Source: Octopus sinensis | Taxonomy: Eukaryota | Assembly (NCBI RefSeq): GCF_006345805.1 | Contig: NC_042999.1 | Span: 98,270,001 to 98,334,000 of the forward strand | DNA length: 64,000 nt | Direction of reading: 5' to 3' | In this document: positions 39,253 to 51,502 of the stretch, piece by piece | How positions within the stretch are numbered: position 1 is the first letter of the stretch | Layout of the letters: each line of letters opens with the position of its first letter | Position numbers and translations under genes: made by a program | The notes under the pieces: generated by a model | Told to the model about the DNA's origin: nothing | Databases searched by the model: none | What the model saw: only the letters and a program-made list of their open reading frames with translations

Positions 39253-39505
39253 GGAGGACTTGGGTTTATAAGTAAATGCCTAAATGTCAGTCTTGATAAG
39301 CTTGGGTTTTCAGAAAAAGAAATCAACCAACTGATTCGCACATTACAAATACAAGCTGTAAGCGGAACAGTAAAACTATGCAAGTCTTTACTTAGGTTGA
39401 AATGTGACATTTTCGTTATCTACATTCCAAAGATGGAGCTTTGTATCTTTGATAGAAACCAGCTTCTTCTTCAGAGGAAGAATTTAAATGATTAAATACA
39501 GAAGA
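39253..39505 (+). mobile_element. R4/Dong-clade RLE retrotransposon 3' fragment A
   Basis: GGLGFISKCL..LDKLGFSEKEINQLIRTLQIQAVSGTVKLCK plus 3' UTR. Confidence 0.8.
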
Positions 39506-39527
39506 TACACACACACACACACACACA

Positions 39528-39570
<43 letters not shown>

Positions 39571-39581
39571 GACAGACATAC

Positions 39582-39874
39582 ATGTTCAGGTTTATACCTG
39601 TAATTATGGGGCCCTGGGAGATGTAATATACTGCCTAAATGCCAATTTTGAGAAATTAAGCTTCTCAAAACCAGAAAGAAGAAAGCTAATTCGAGGGTTA
39701 CAGATCCAATCCATCACTGGAACTGTAAAAATCTGTAAAACTTTCCAGATTTAAATCTATATGAGCATGTCTAGATATGCAACTATATGCATGAGATTAC
39801 GTACATAAAACATACAAATCTGCACATTCATACACACATACATACATACATACAACATACATACATACATACAT

Positions 39875-39935
<61 letters not shown>

Positions 39936-40067
39936 CATACATACATACATACATACATACATGCATACCTTGTTGTTGGTGTTGAAATTCCAATGAAGGA
40001 GCCTTGGATCTAGGTTAGAAACCGGTTTTTCTTTATTGGCAAGAAATCTTGAAATAACTGGATAATG
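39582..40067 (+). mobile_element. R4/Dong-clade 3' fragment B
   Basis: FRFIPVIMGALG..FSKPERRKLIRGLQIQSITGTVKICKTFQ plus a 3' UTR containing a microsatellite. Confidence 0.8.
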
Positions 40068-40158
40068 ACATACATACATGCATGCATGCATGCATACATA
40101 CATACATACATACATACATACATACATACATACATACATACATACATACATACATACA

Positions 40159-40191
<33 letters not shown>

Positions 40192-40202
40192 GCATGCATA
40201 AA

Positions 40203-41000
40203 AATACATCGACGGACGACAAATATAAGTTGTGCAACATTAAAACTGAAGACATCAATCACGTTATGGCCAACTGCGAGAAAATGTCTTCTACAATAGA
40301 TATTTATCTTCTTATGAGGCACGATACAGTAGCCCGAACAATCTGAAAGAGAATTAGAAAAAAAGAAATTACCTTCTGGACACTAATGTGGTTAGGAAAA
40401 TACAAGGGAAAGAAAAAATATGTGGGCTCTTGATAAGTAGGTTGCAAATGCGCTACCCAAGGTAGATTTATGTCTATTATTATTGAGCAGCATGAGACGT
40501 ACCAACCCACCTGGAGCAAATTATGACTAATCTTGAATTCTTGGGGAGAGAATGCAATTCATTAATTTATACGCGACAAATGATCCCGATATCTGGGACA
40601 ATACAAAATCTGCAAAACTTTCTAAAGATTTAAAGGATTTTTAAGGCCAGATGCTTTCTTTCAGATATTTGCTACCAAGTAGGTAGCCAGTTAAAATTTA
40701 CTCTAAATTAAAAAGAGGAAAAGAACACACACACACACACATACACTCACACGTACGCACGCGTGCACAAGCACGCATATACACACATACATACATACAT
40801 ACATACATACATACATACATACATAGCTAGAGTATTATATAATGAAATCTATAGACAGGATAATCCTATGGAAAGAAGTATTAGAAGTTATAATGACGTG
40901 CAGGGCTTAAGCACACATAATAGGAAAGAATCCTGATGGAATGTCCTTGTCAGATCATGACTTCAATAAAATACAAGCATCATAGCCGAGACGTAACGAT
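40203..41000 (+). mobile_element. R4/Dong-clade fragments C (40203-~40725) and D (40826-~41000)
   Basis: KLCNIKTEDINHVMANCEKMS..LMRHDTVARTI (CCHC region), SGTIQNLQNF end; ARVLYNEIYRQDNP..*WNV. Confidence 0.7.
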
Positions 41001-41374
41001 TTAAACAGAAGAAAAACTCTGTGTATAATAGTTAAATCAGTTACCCTGCAGTTTTCAGCATAACGTCATAGATTAGTGGAAAAGATACCATTATAGCGAA
41101 TTGATGAGAAATATGCAGTTACCCAGTCTAGACTGTAGATTGAGATTTTTACCAATTATTATTAACACACTTGGTTACGTGAGTAGCTACGTCAGAACCA
41201 ATCTTGAGTAGCCGGGATTCGCAAAACTGGACAAAATATGTCAATGCGAAAGATTATAGCTGCAAGCTAGCAAAGGTACCATTATACATACATACATACA
41301 TACATACATACATACATACATACATACATACATACATACATACATACATACATACATACATACATACATACATA

Positions 41375-41810
41375 CTGGTGGAATATTCAGGCTGGATATT
41401 GTTGTTTTGGACAGAGGGGCAAAGGTATGTACCATCATAGAGGTCAGCTGCCCTGCAGATATAAATATCTCTTTGAAAATCGAAGGAAAAGAGGATATCC
41501 GTGGACAATTGCTTCGAAACCTCCAGCTTCTATATCCAGACTATGAATTTATATTCATACCGATAATAATTGGAGCACTGGGTTTTGTCAGTAAATGCTT
41601 TAAGTAGAAACTAGATAAACTGGGATTTCCAGAAAGAGAAATCGAGCACCTAATTCGTACATTACAAGTGCAATATGTGAGTGGAACAATAAAAATATGC
41701 AAGACTTTTCTCAAGTTCCAAATGTGAATTTGTCTGTGAGCCTTGTATATTTGTTGGAAGCCGACTCCCTCTTCAGTGGAAGATTTATAATAATTAAAAT
41801 ATAGAAGAGA
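41375..41810 (+). mobile_element. R4/Dong-clade 3' fragment E (RLE domain plus 3' UTR)
   Basis: [54 protein letters not shown]. Confidence 0.88.
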
Positions 41811-42399
41811 TATACATACAAGACAGCCGATGTGAGCTGCTGCATACTTGGTGTGAGAGACTATTTATCGAATAGTCTCCCAAGTTAAATATGCGACTGC
41901 TTCCGCGTTAATATCGCAATTACCCGCCTTGTTAATAATTGGTTATTCGTTTAATTACATTCATTGAGGGGACTATTATCTCAAGAATGTGGTGGTGTTT
42001 GTCAAGATCTGGTATTCACCTTGCGCTGAGCTGCTGCAGACGGCATGGTTGTACACAACAGCATCAACCGAACCGGACTTCCAGAAGTTTAACATCTGAT
42101 AAAATTGCATAAACATTCGTGTCGATATGAAAACTTGTATGTGTTCTTATTAAGCTCTACACAAGCAATAACATTTATACTTGCATGCATGTGCACATAC
42201 ATACGTACAAACATAAATGCTTATGTGCCTACATACGTACATGCATACATACATACATACATACATACACGCATGCATACATCTGTGTATACCTGCTTAC
42301 ATGTGTGCATATATGCAAAACATGTTGTCTAAATTTTGATGAAAGCGCCTAGTTTCTGGGTTAGACATCGGCTTTTCCTACATTGGTGAGAGATTCGAA

Positions 42400-43775
42400 A
42401 AATAAATCTAGAAGAAAATATATATTCACAGATCTTGTCAGTGTCAACAGTGACGCTGGTATAATCTGTTACGTGAAGAGATTGAAAAAGAAGCATAAAG
42501 CCTGTCCAGACGGCTTTTGTGTGCCATACCATGTCATTCAAACAAGACTTAATGAATCTACTGGAAATATTAACATATCACGCCTATGCTCGTCAACAAT
42601 AATAATGATTTCAAATTTTGGCACTAGGCCAGCAATTGCTGGGAGGAGACAAGTCGATTACATCGACCCCAGTGCTCAACTAGTACTTATTTTATCGATT
42701 TTAAAAGGATGAAAGGCAAAGTCAACCTCAGCAGAATTTGAACTCAGAACATAAAGACAGGCGAAATACCTATTTCTTTACTACCCACAAGGGGCTAAAC
42801 ACGGAGAGGACAAACAAGGACAGACAAACGAATTAAGTCGATGATTATATCGACCCAGTGCGTAACTGGTACTTAATTTATCGACCCTGAAAGGATAAAA
42901 GGCAAAGTCGACCTCGGCGGAATTTGGACTCAGAAGGTAGCGACAGGCGAAATACCGCTAACGTCTCTGCCAACTGGTCACCTGGTCAACAGTGCTAATA
43001 ATGCCATCATGGAATTATAGGAAGAACTCTGAGTGTTACAACTATTACACACAAATCAAGGAAAGCTGAAATAGTCTACATAATAGAAATTTGAAAGAGA
43101 AACTGTCAGCAGAAAGTTATGCATGGGTATACATCCCGCAACCCATCCCGTCTCACTGAGAAAAATACGCTTTTGATACTCAAGAGCATCAAATAACTAC
43201 TAAATATATGACCAGCAAGAGAGATAAGGAACTCCTCTAAACTTTCACGTTGCGATAGAACATGTCGACTGTACTTTACTGGGGTGGGAAATAGCCCCAC
43301 ATCATCAGCAGTTGTCCAAAAAACGTCTGTAAGTTACTACTTACACATAAGACATGACATTGTTGCTAAAACCATTTACAATACTATTTGCAAGAAAGCT
43401 TTTTTCTGACGGAAAAACAAAAGCATACCAGACCCAGAATATATTCAAGTCTTTAAAAATAAGAATTACTGGGAGAATATTCCAATAAAGATAGGTTGCA
43501 AAAAATGCTGATTATTACAGAGGCTGGCTACCCGGCAGATATAAAACTGAGGGAAAAGAGAACTATAATGAGAAAATGTTAATCTTATAGCCAAGCTGTG
43601 TACTTTCATTTGTATTTATTTTCAGTTGTGCATATAGCTGTATAATATGAGATTTGCATAAAAACTTAGAAAAGATGGGATTCTCAAAGAAAGAATAAAG
43701 CTTGCTAATTCGCGTCCTTCTCCAAATAAAAGTGATTAGTGGTACAGTGAAGACTTATAAAACATTCCAAGAATT
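42400..43775 (+). mobile_element. R4/Dong-clade fragment F, interrupted by SINEs
   Basis: QKVMHGY, QEHQITTKY, CDRTCRL..HIISSCPK..IRHDIVAKTIY, SGTVK. Confidence 0.75.
42600..42985 (-). mobile_element. SINE nested within a SINE of the same family
   Basis: 15-bp direct repeat gacaggcgaaatacc at 42756-42770 and 42942-42956 brackets a copy carrying the Tx1-like tail. Confidence 0.8.
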
Positions 43776-44064
43776 CTTCGTTTTGTTCACTGGAATGAAT
43801 ATATGCACACAACCGTATGTGCATATGTTCATTCCATATGCACGTTTATAAAAATGTAAAGATTCGCGTACATTTATGTACATGCACATCCACTGCATGA
43901 GTGTAAGTTTATCCCCATCCCATGCACCTACATGAATGCACACATTAACTCGTTGACATATTTTCAAATCCCGCGAACTGTTTCGACTCAAACAAAAGAG
44001 CCTGGTCACGTTGTTAGTCATTAACTGGAATTATACAGAGGGGGAAAAAAAGTACAAAAACACG

Positions 44065-44178
44065 CATGCATGCATGTATCCATCCGTCCGTCCGTCCATC
44101 CATCCATCCATCCATCCATCCATACATACATACATACACACATACATACATACATATACACACATATACATACATACA

Positions 44179-44212
<34 letters not shown>

Positions 44213-44282
44213 CATACATACATACATACATACATACACACATACATATAAACATATACACGTACGCTCAAGCACACACACG

Positions 44283-44348
<66 letters not shown>

Positions 44349-44476
44349 AGTATACATATGTATATGTGTGTTTATATACATGTGTGCAGATATGTATGCG
44401 TGTGTATGTGTGTGCGTATGTGTGTGTGTGTGTGTGTGTGTATGTGTGTGTATGTATGTATGTATGTATGTATGTA
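44065..44476. repeat. Compound microsatellite (CATC)n/(TACA)n/(TA)n/(TG)n
   Basis: Direct reading. Confidence 0.95.
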
Positions 44477-45919
44477 CATTAGCCAGCTAGCCTGTCCAGC
44501 GGGGTGGCGACATTCGAAAGCTAAAACAATGCTAAGCGCATTGTGATCAGCGATGTATAACAACATCCGATAGCCTGGTCGATACCGTGATGCATACATT
44601 CGTACATGTATGTATGTATGCATCTATGCATGTATGTATGTATGAGTGAATAAAGAACTCGAATATCTGTAGTGCACACACATACATGTTCCAAGAATCG
44701 AATTTCGAATGTAAAAACTGTCTTATTCTACACATACACACGCACACAAACATACCCACACGCGCGCACACATACTTTCTCCCTCTCTCTTTTTAAAATT
44801 CTCTCGCCGTCTGTCTCTCTCTTTTTCTCCTGCCTTTATGTACGTGTTCGTTTGTGTATGCGTGTGTGTATGCGTGCGTGCGTGCGTGTGCGTGCGTACG
44901 TAAATATATATTTACATAAATACACTTACACGTATACATATATGTGTTTTGAAACAGTTTTATTGTGTCTGTGACGAGAAACTCAGCCACAGGTGGGATG
45001 CGTAATTTGTAAATTCTGTTCCTTAGAGGTTTCCATAGCTGTAATGAAGCCCAAACACTTGCTCTCTCAGACATTCACATAGAGAAAGAAGGAAAAGAAG
45101 AAAAAAACAGAGAGAGAAGGGGAGGATCCGTTATCGCTCCCCTGTCACAACAGCCAGCACTCTCGGCAATATCTTATCTGGGATTCCGTTCTCTGGTTTA
45201 CTGCTGAATACCAATTTAGCGAACGGAAACTGTTTGACCAATTGGCAGAATATTTGGGTGAGTAGAGTAATATTTTTTGGTGTTTCAATAAACAACTGTC
45301 TTGTTTCTTTTTTCACTTATGTTACCCTGGTTAGTACTAATTGCTTCACTAGTAGCATTATCATTATATCCCTTCGTCCAGCACGACATTAGACCGTATC
45401 GCACACCATCACAAAAATTCCATTACATTACTGTCACACCACACACGAGCCACAGTAACACACTTCTTCATATTGTTATTAACTATTAACACATCCTCCA
45501 GCACACTTTACACACCACAAACACGCCACGCTACGCTTCATTTCATTACCACAATCACCACAAACACAAACACATCATCATTCCGTTTCGTCGTTACATC
45601 ACACTTCACTATATCAGATCGCTCCGTTTCACTGCATAACTACACCGCATCACATGCATATATATACCATTCTACTTATCCAGAAATCCAGGTGGAAAAA
45701 AAAAAAGAGAAAAGAAAAAAAAACAACATTGGAAAAAAAAGTCATACAGATAAAACATAAGAGTAAAAGAAAAATGAAGGAATCGCAGGGAAATTTCAAG
45801 ATATGATTGATTTAATGCAGTTTTTTGTTGCTGGTTTATTGTTCTATGTAAGATTTTGTATGAATCGTATTTTTTTCACATACGTGTAATACAATTATAT
45901 TATGTTGTCATTGCGTATA

Positions 45920-46330
45920 AGTCATGTAGTGTCAGTTTATTAACTCAAAATATTATTTGTTTAATTACATCAACTATTATTTTTTGCTATGCTAATATGA
46001 AAAATTTAACATCTATCAGGTGACTTTTTTCCTACCCAAAAGTGTGACATTTTTTTTTTCTATGACTTTATTTCCGTTCACCTTATGCGGCACACACTAC
46101 ATGATGTCTCTATTAAACTGCACCGCATTCAAAGGAGACTACATCGACCTGCCTTATTGGTCGGGACGTCTCGACAGAATTACATTGAAGGGAGACAACG
46201 GCGTACTTTGTCAATTAGTTTTTGCAATTAAGCAATAATGTTTTCTTTTTCTTTTCTTTTATTTGTTTTTTTGTTTGCATCTCTAAAAGACTAGTATCTT
46301 AGTTCTAATGTGTGTGATAATGTTGATGGT
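45920..46330 (+). promoter_or_regulatory. Candidate promoter / first non-coding exon of the ZNF gene
   Basis: Local CpG-retaining patch at ~46085-46205, three ACTACAT motifs, reverse CCAAT at 46156-46160, possible donor GTAAGA at 46329; upstream of the acceptor at 47174. Confidence 0.3.
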
Positions 46331-47160
46331 AAGAAAGAGAATAAGAAAAATTTTCAAAATTAATCTAAACGCCACAATTTTTTAGGGGGTGTGATGTAGA
46401 CTCCAGTATATCGACTCCAGTAATGAGTATTTTATTTTATTGATTTTGATGATTTCTAAATAGGCATAAAGCCATACATTTAAGGAGAAGATTACAATCG
46501 ATTCAGTTAAAACAAGAACCTGACTATGGGGGTTTTTCCTGTATTTTTTTATCGATCCCAAAAGGGAGAAGAACGAAGTTGACCCCATCGTAAAGGGACG
46601 TAATTAAATCAATTCCACCAAAATAATTTTATCATGTCTGCCTCAAAGGTCCGAATTTATAATAGGGCGGTATATTCAGTTGATTGCTTATATTTATTTT
46701 ATCACCTTTAAAAAGGGCGATAGATTAGGAGCTTGAAATAGGTTTTTTCTTTGTCCATTAAATGTATATAACTATTGTGAAATTAAGGGGGTTGCATTAT
46801 AAAACACATGGCCGAATGTTTAAGTCTTATTACAGGTTGTGCCTGGGAGCAAGGTGTATAACTCTACTTGATAAATTAATGAAATTAAAAATTGTCGGTC
46901 TCCCTCTTCTCTCTGTTTCCCTTCCTTTGCCTCTCTCTCTCTTCTTCCCTCCTATTCTGTCTCTTTCTATCCTCCCTTTGTCACTCTCCCTCCTCTCTTT
47001 GTCTCTTTCTCTCTCCTCCTCCCTTCCCTCTCTAAATTCCACGATGCTAACCCGTAGAGTTGACTACAAAAGTAAAAAGGAAATAGAAAAATTCAATTTC
47101 ATTTGTATTTGTTGAATGAAGCTCAAATTAAACATGGATAAAATAAATCTCGTTTTTAAT

Positions 47161-47174
47161 ATTTTCCATTTCAG
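47161..47174 (+). promoter_or_regulatory. Splice acceptor of the ZNF coding exon
   Basis: attttccatttcAG, 100 nt upstream of the ATG. Confidence 0.6.
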
Positions 47175-47274
47175 AAATTCTCCTTCTGGTGTTGTGACCA
47201 AATTAATTATTGTGTGTGAAAGCCAAATCTTCAAGTGAAAGGGCAATTGATTGAAAAAGTTTCTTAAAGAAATC

Positions 47275-48552
47275 ATGAAGACGAATATCAACATTGATGT
47301 TTTCCAGTGTGGAATATGCCAAAAATACTTTTCCGACAGCAATAGCTTAAAGGTTCACATGGAAGTGCACCCGGTCAAGAAACTGTACTTTTGTGATGTA
47401 TGTGGCATATCCTGTGTTGAAGAATATCTCTTGAATAACCACATGAAAATTCACACAGGAGAAAGACCGTATATTTGTGATATATGTGGTAAAGATTTTG
47501 TGAAAAAATCTCAGTTGAAGAAACATTCAGAAATACACAGCAGTGACAGCCTCTTTCACTGTGATATTTGTGGCAAGAATTTTGTCCATGCATCTTCTTT
47601 AAAGAAGCACATACGAGTGCATACTGGAGAAAAACCGTTCCAGTGTAATGAGTGTGGGAAAGAATTTGTGCAGAATTGTCATTTGAAACAGCACCAGAGA
47701 CTTCATACTGGTGAGAAACCATTTCATTGTGAATTTTGTGGCAAAGACTTTGTACGAGGTTCTGATTTTAAGATCCATACTCGAAGACATACTGGAGAAA
47801 AACCATTCATTTGTAATATATGTGGGAAAGATTTTGTTGATGGATCTTCATTGAGAAGTCACATACGAATTCACACTGGGGAGCGACCATATCATTGTGA
47901 GATATGTGGTAAGGATTTTGTAATTTCCTCTTCGTTAAAGAAACATATAAAAACTCATACTGGAGAGAAATTTCACTATTGTAAAATATGCAGAAAGAAA
48001 TTTGTTCAAGCGTATTCTTTGAAAATCCACATGAAAGTTCACACTGGCGAAAGTGCATTTAAATGTGAAGTGTGTGGGAAAGATTTTCAGGAAAGTTATG
48101 ATCTGAAAATGCATATGAAAATTCACACTGGTGAGAAAACTTTCCACTGCGATACTTGTGCTAAGGACTTCTTGCACGAGTTCTCGTTTAAGAGCCACAT
48201 GAAAAAACACGAAGGAGAAAAACCAGTTGAAAGTGAGATGCGTGTAAGTGATTTTTACCAAATGTCCAACTTAGCGAATCATATGAGTAAATATACGAAG
48301 ACTAAGATTTTCCATTGTGAAATATGTAGGGACGATTTTATGGAAGAATCTAGCTTGGCAAAGCACATAAAGATCCATACAGATGAAAAGCCATTTCAAT
48401 GTAATTTATGTGGAAATGACTGTGTTGAAGCATCTATTTTGAAAATTCATATCCAAGGCCACTTGGAAGATAAACCTCTCATTTGTAAAACCTGTGGAGA
48501 TGAGTTCCTCTTTGAATGTGACTTAGAAAAACATGTTGAAATGCATGTATGA
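47275..48552 (+). CDS. Tandem C2H2 zinc-finger protein (425 aa; 15 repeats, 14 intact), no effector domain
   Basis: Uninterrupted ORF of CxxC-x12-HxxxH repeats with TGEKP-type linkers; first ATG at 47275 (the track start at 47251 is TTG), with an in-frame TGA immediately upstream of 47251. Confidence 0.93.
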   Translation: MKTNINIDVFQCGICQKYFSDSNSLKVHMEVHPVKKLYFCDVCGISCVEEYLLNNHMKIHTGERPYICDICGKDFVKKSQLKKHSEIHSSDSLFHCDICGKNFVHASSLKKHIRVHTGEKPFQCNECGKEFVQNCHLKQHQRLHTGEKPFHCEFCGKDFVRGSDFKIHTRRHTGEKPFICNICGKDFVDGSSLRSHIRIHTGERPYHCEICGKDFVISSSLKKHIKTHTGEKFHYCKICRKKFVQAYSLKIHMKVHTGESAFKCEVCGKDFQESYDLKMHMKIHTGEKTFHCDTCAKDFLHEFSFKSHMKKHEGEKPVESEMRVSDFYQMSNLANHMSKYTKTKIFHCEICRDDFMEESSLAKHIKIHTDEKPFQCNLCGNDCVEASILKIHIQGHLEDKPLICKTCGDEFLFECDLEKHVEMHV

Positions 48553-49290
48553 GCCTCAAAAGTATCATTCTGGAGTGTTATGTAAAGTTATCTTTCAGAA
48601 TCAGTCTTTTTTATGTTAAAATCTTTGGAACTTTTGGAGACTCAACACCACCAGACACTGGACCAGCAAGAAACACTTTCAGTGCACTTAACCAACATAA
48701 CTAAGTGATGTTGGCTTTGAAGATGACAAAAAGCAAAATGCTGAGAGATATTTATTGTTGGTATCAAGAACATGTTGGGGATCAAATTCCCTCTTTTATT
48801 AATTTCATATAGCATGTCACTTTATCAGAGTTGTTTCATTCTGGGCATTATTGTCATGGGAAAATTAAACAGAAATGTAGGTTGTGATGATGATCATGAT
48901 GATAAGTGGGAAGGTGTTAAAGGGTTGATAATTGTCATTATTTGGTCCCAGGATGAACCTGATTAAGCAGATTTATGAGACATTCAAGTTGTTACCTTCC
49001 TGTATTTTTTCTAGGCACAGTACACTTAGTCACACATTATCTAATGTGCCCTTCTATTCTAAGATTGTAAGGCATGATTTAAGAAAGATATGGTTGCTAA
49101 TTTTGGCAAGTCAAATTACTGCATAGATTTTCCCTTGTTTTTATAAGACATATATATCTAGATGCAGGTATACACACACACAAACATTATCAGCATCATC
49201 ATGATGTTTGTATGTGTATATTTTTATATATACATAAATATACACATACACACACACACACACATTATTTCCCGTTATATATTTATATAA

Positions 49291-49396
<106 letters not shown>

Positions 49397-50444
49397 CATA
49401 CACAGATATATATATATACATGCATGTATATGGTAATTGATTCATCTTCTCTGGTGATTGCTGCCCCCTTGCGCTTCCTTGTTTTCAAAGGCATTTCTGA
49501 CTTTCCGTCCATGACCTCATGGATGGCTTCAGTCCTGCTGCAGATTTGCATTGTTTGAAGCTTAGGTGACAGGAACAAAAGTTGTAACACACTGTGTGCT
49601 TCCAGCTGGTTAGGTCTGCACATGTTACCACTCTTCAATTACGATAGGACTCTCAGTAGATGGAATGACAAATGAGGTCACCATAAAGACACATCTGTAT
49701 GTCATTGGATTATAGCGATAAATGTTTATACAACATGAGTACCACTCACTGAGTCTCTGTGATTAGTAACTGGTGATAAGCCAAAGGGAAATGACTAATA
49801 ATCACATGAAACTGCAGGTTTTATATCTCTCTCACTCCTAGAAGGATGCTGTAATAACAGCTAGGGGTCTCTCACTCCCAGTGGTTTTACTGTGAACTCT
49901 TAATCCAAACATAGCCACTTCTGTGTCCCTGTGTTTAGATAGATTGTCATCACAAATGCTAGTTATTGCATAGCTGGGATCCTGACAGTTGCTACACTCA
50001 GGGTCAGAGTGGACCTGGAAACATTTGTGGCTAACTCCCAAATTAGAGCAACATTACTGGGTGCAATTTAAAAACATATCTCCAGGACATGCATTTATAT
50101 ATAGATACACACACATACACAAATGTGTGTATGTGTATAGAATACTTGAATATACAGATAATGTATATGAGAAAAAGGAGGCAGTTAGTATTTTGGATAA
50201 TTCTTTATTAACACTTTTGTTTGTTAACCAAAATCTTCAAGACAATAATTAATACCAAAATTATTTTTGGTTTTAATTTTTTCTCAATATATATATATAT
50301 ATTTTCTCAGTATATATGCAAACATACATCTATGCAAGTATGGAAAATTGGATGTTAAAATGATGATGGTGATACAAAAAACACCAAGTGCGAGTGGTTT
50401 CTAAGTTGTTGAAGGAGTGAATGCTCTTTAGTCTTATTGAGAGC

Positions 50445-50634
50445 AAGGCAGCCTCTATAGTGCTGGTGCCATAAAAAAATTACACCCAGTACACTCTGTA
50501 AAGGGGTTCGTGTTAGGAATGGCATCCACTCATAGAAACTGTGCTGCAAATGAGGCATTGAAGCAAGAAATAGTTTTCCATCCTGTTGAAACATCCAACT
50601 GATGCTGGCATGTAAACTGACGATGATGATGATG
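50445..50634 (+). mobile_element. RTE LINE 3' tail fragment
   Basis: gttaggaatggcatcc...(gat)n, shared with the other RTE copies. Confidence 0.65.
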
Positions 50635-51090
50635 TCAAATATATATCAATGTCAGCATATCTATCTATCTATCTATCTATCTATTTATCTATGTGTATAT
50701 GTGTGTGGACTCTCCTGCTGTAAACAACAGGTGAGGGTTCCATGATTTCTTGCTGAGCAACCTGCTGAGAGGATTTGTTTGTAGTGATCAAATGTTTATG
50801 CTGTACCTTAGCTCACTACTCTTATCAAATTGAAATTGCTTGTATAGGTGCATGATGTGCCATATTTGAGATGTGGAAGTGATATGTATGTATATGAAAG
50901 AGCACATGAGAGGCATGACTTCTCTGTTACAATAAATAGCTTCACCCGCAGCAGATGTTATCACTGCTGCAGATAAAAGCAGGTCTTGTTGTTCACATGC
51001 AAGCCTGCCAGAAATTATTACTGAACAAGAACAGTCAATATTGACAGCTGATGACAATGTATGTATGCATGCATGTATATGTATGTGTGC

Positions 51091-51121
<31 letters not shown>

Positions 51122-51502
51122 GGTGTATATGTATGTGTGTGTATATGCGATTTAAGGACTGTCAAGTCCTCATTAAAGGCCTGTGATATGCAGGAGACCG
51201 ACCGGAAGAGCAATGCATGTCATCGCCACAGATGGAGGAAACAGGTTAAGGAGGAGTCAACACCTTTGGAAAAGCATGTAGTCTTCATGCTAGTGTTGTG
51301 AATGGGGTAAGCTTGTTTTGCAATGTTTGCAGTTGTGTATGCTTGTCAAAAGCAGAGGTCTTTATCAACCAACAGAGCTTCAAATGCGAAATATAAGTTA
51401 GTCCTAGAGTGCACAATGTTCTTAAAGGTCAGCAGTGGTGTTTCTTGGTCACGAGTGGATGGCCATCATGTGTGTATATACATATATATATGTATGTATG
51501 TC

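Noticed and set aside
45131-45316. Possible exon or ORF in a CpG-containing unique segment
   Set aside because: No recognisable protein motif or consistent splice pair; may be regulatory but unsupported
47375-48261. Minus-strand ORFs overlapping the ZNF gene
   Set aside because: Antisense shadows of the repetitive C2H2 codon pattern
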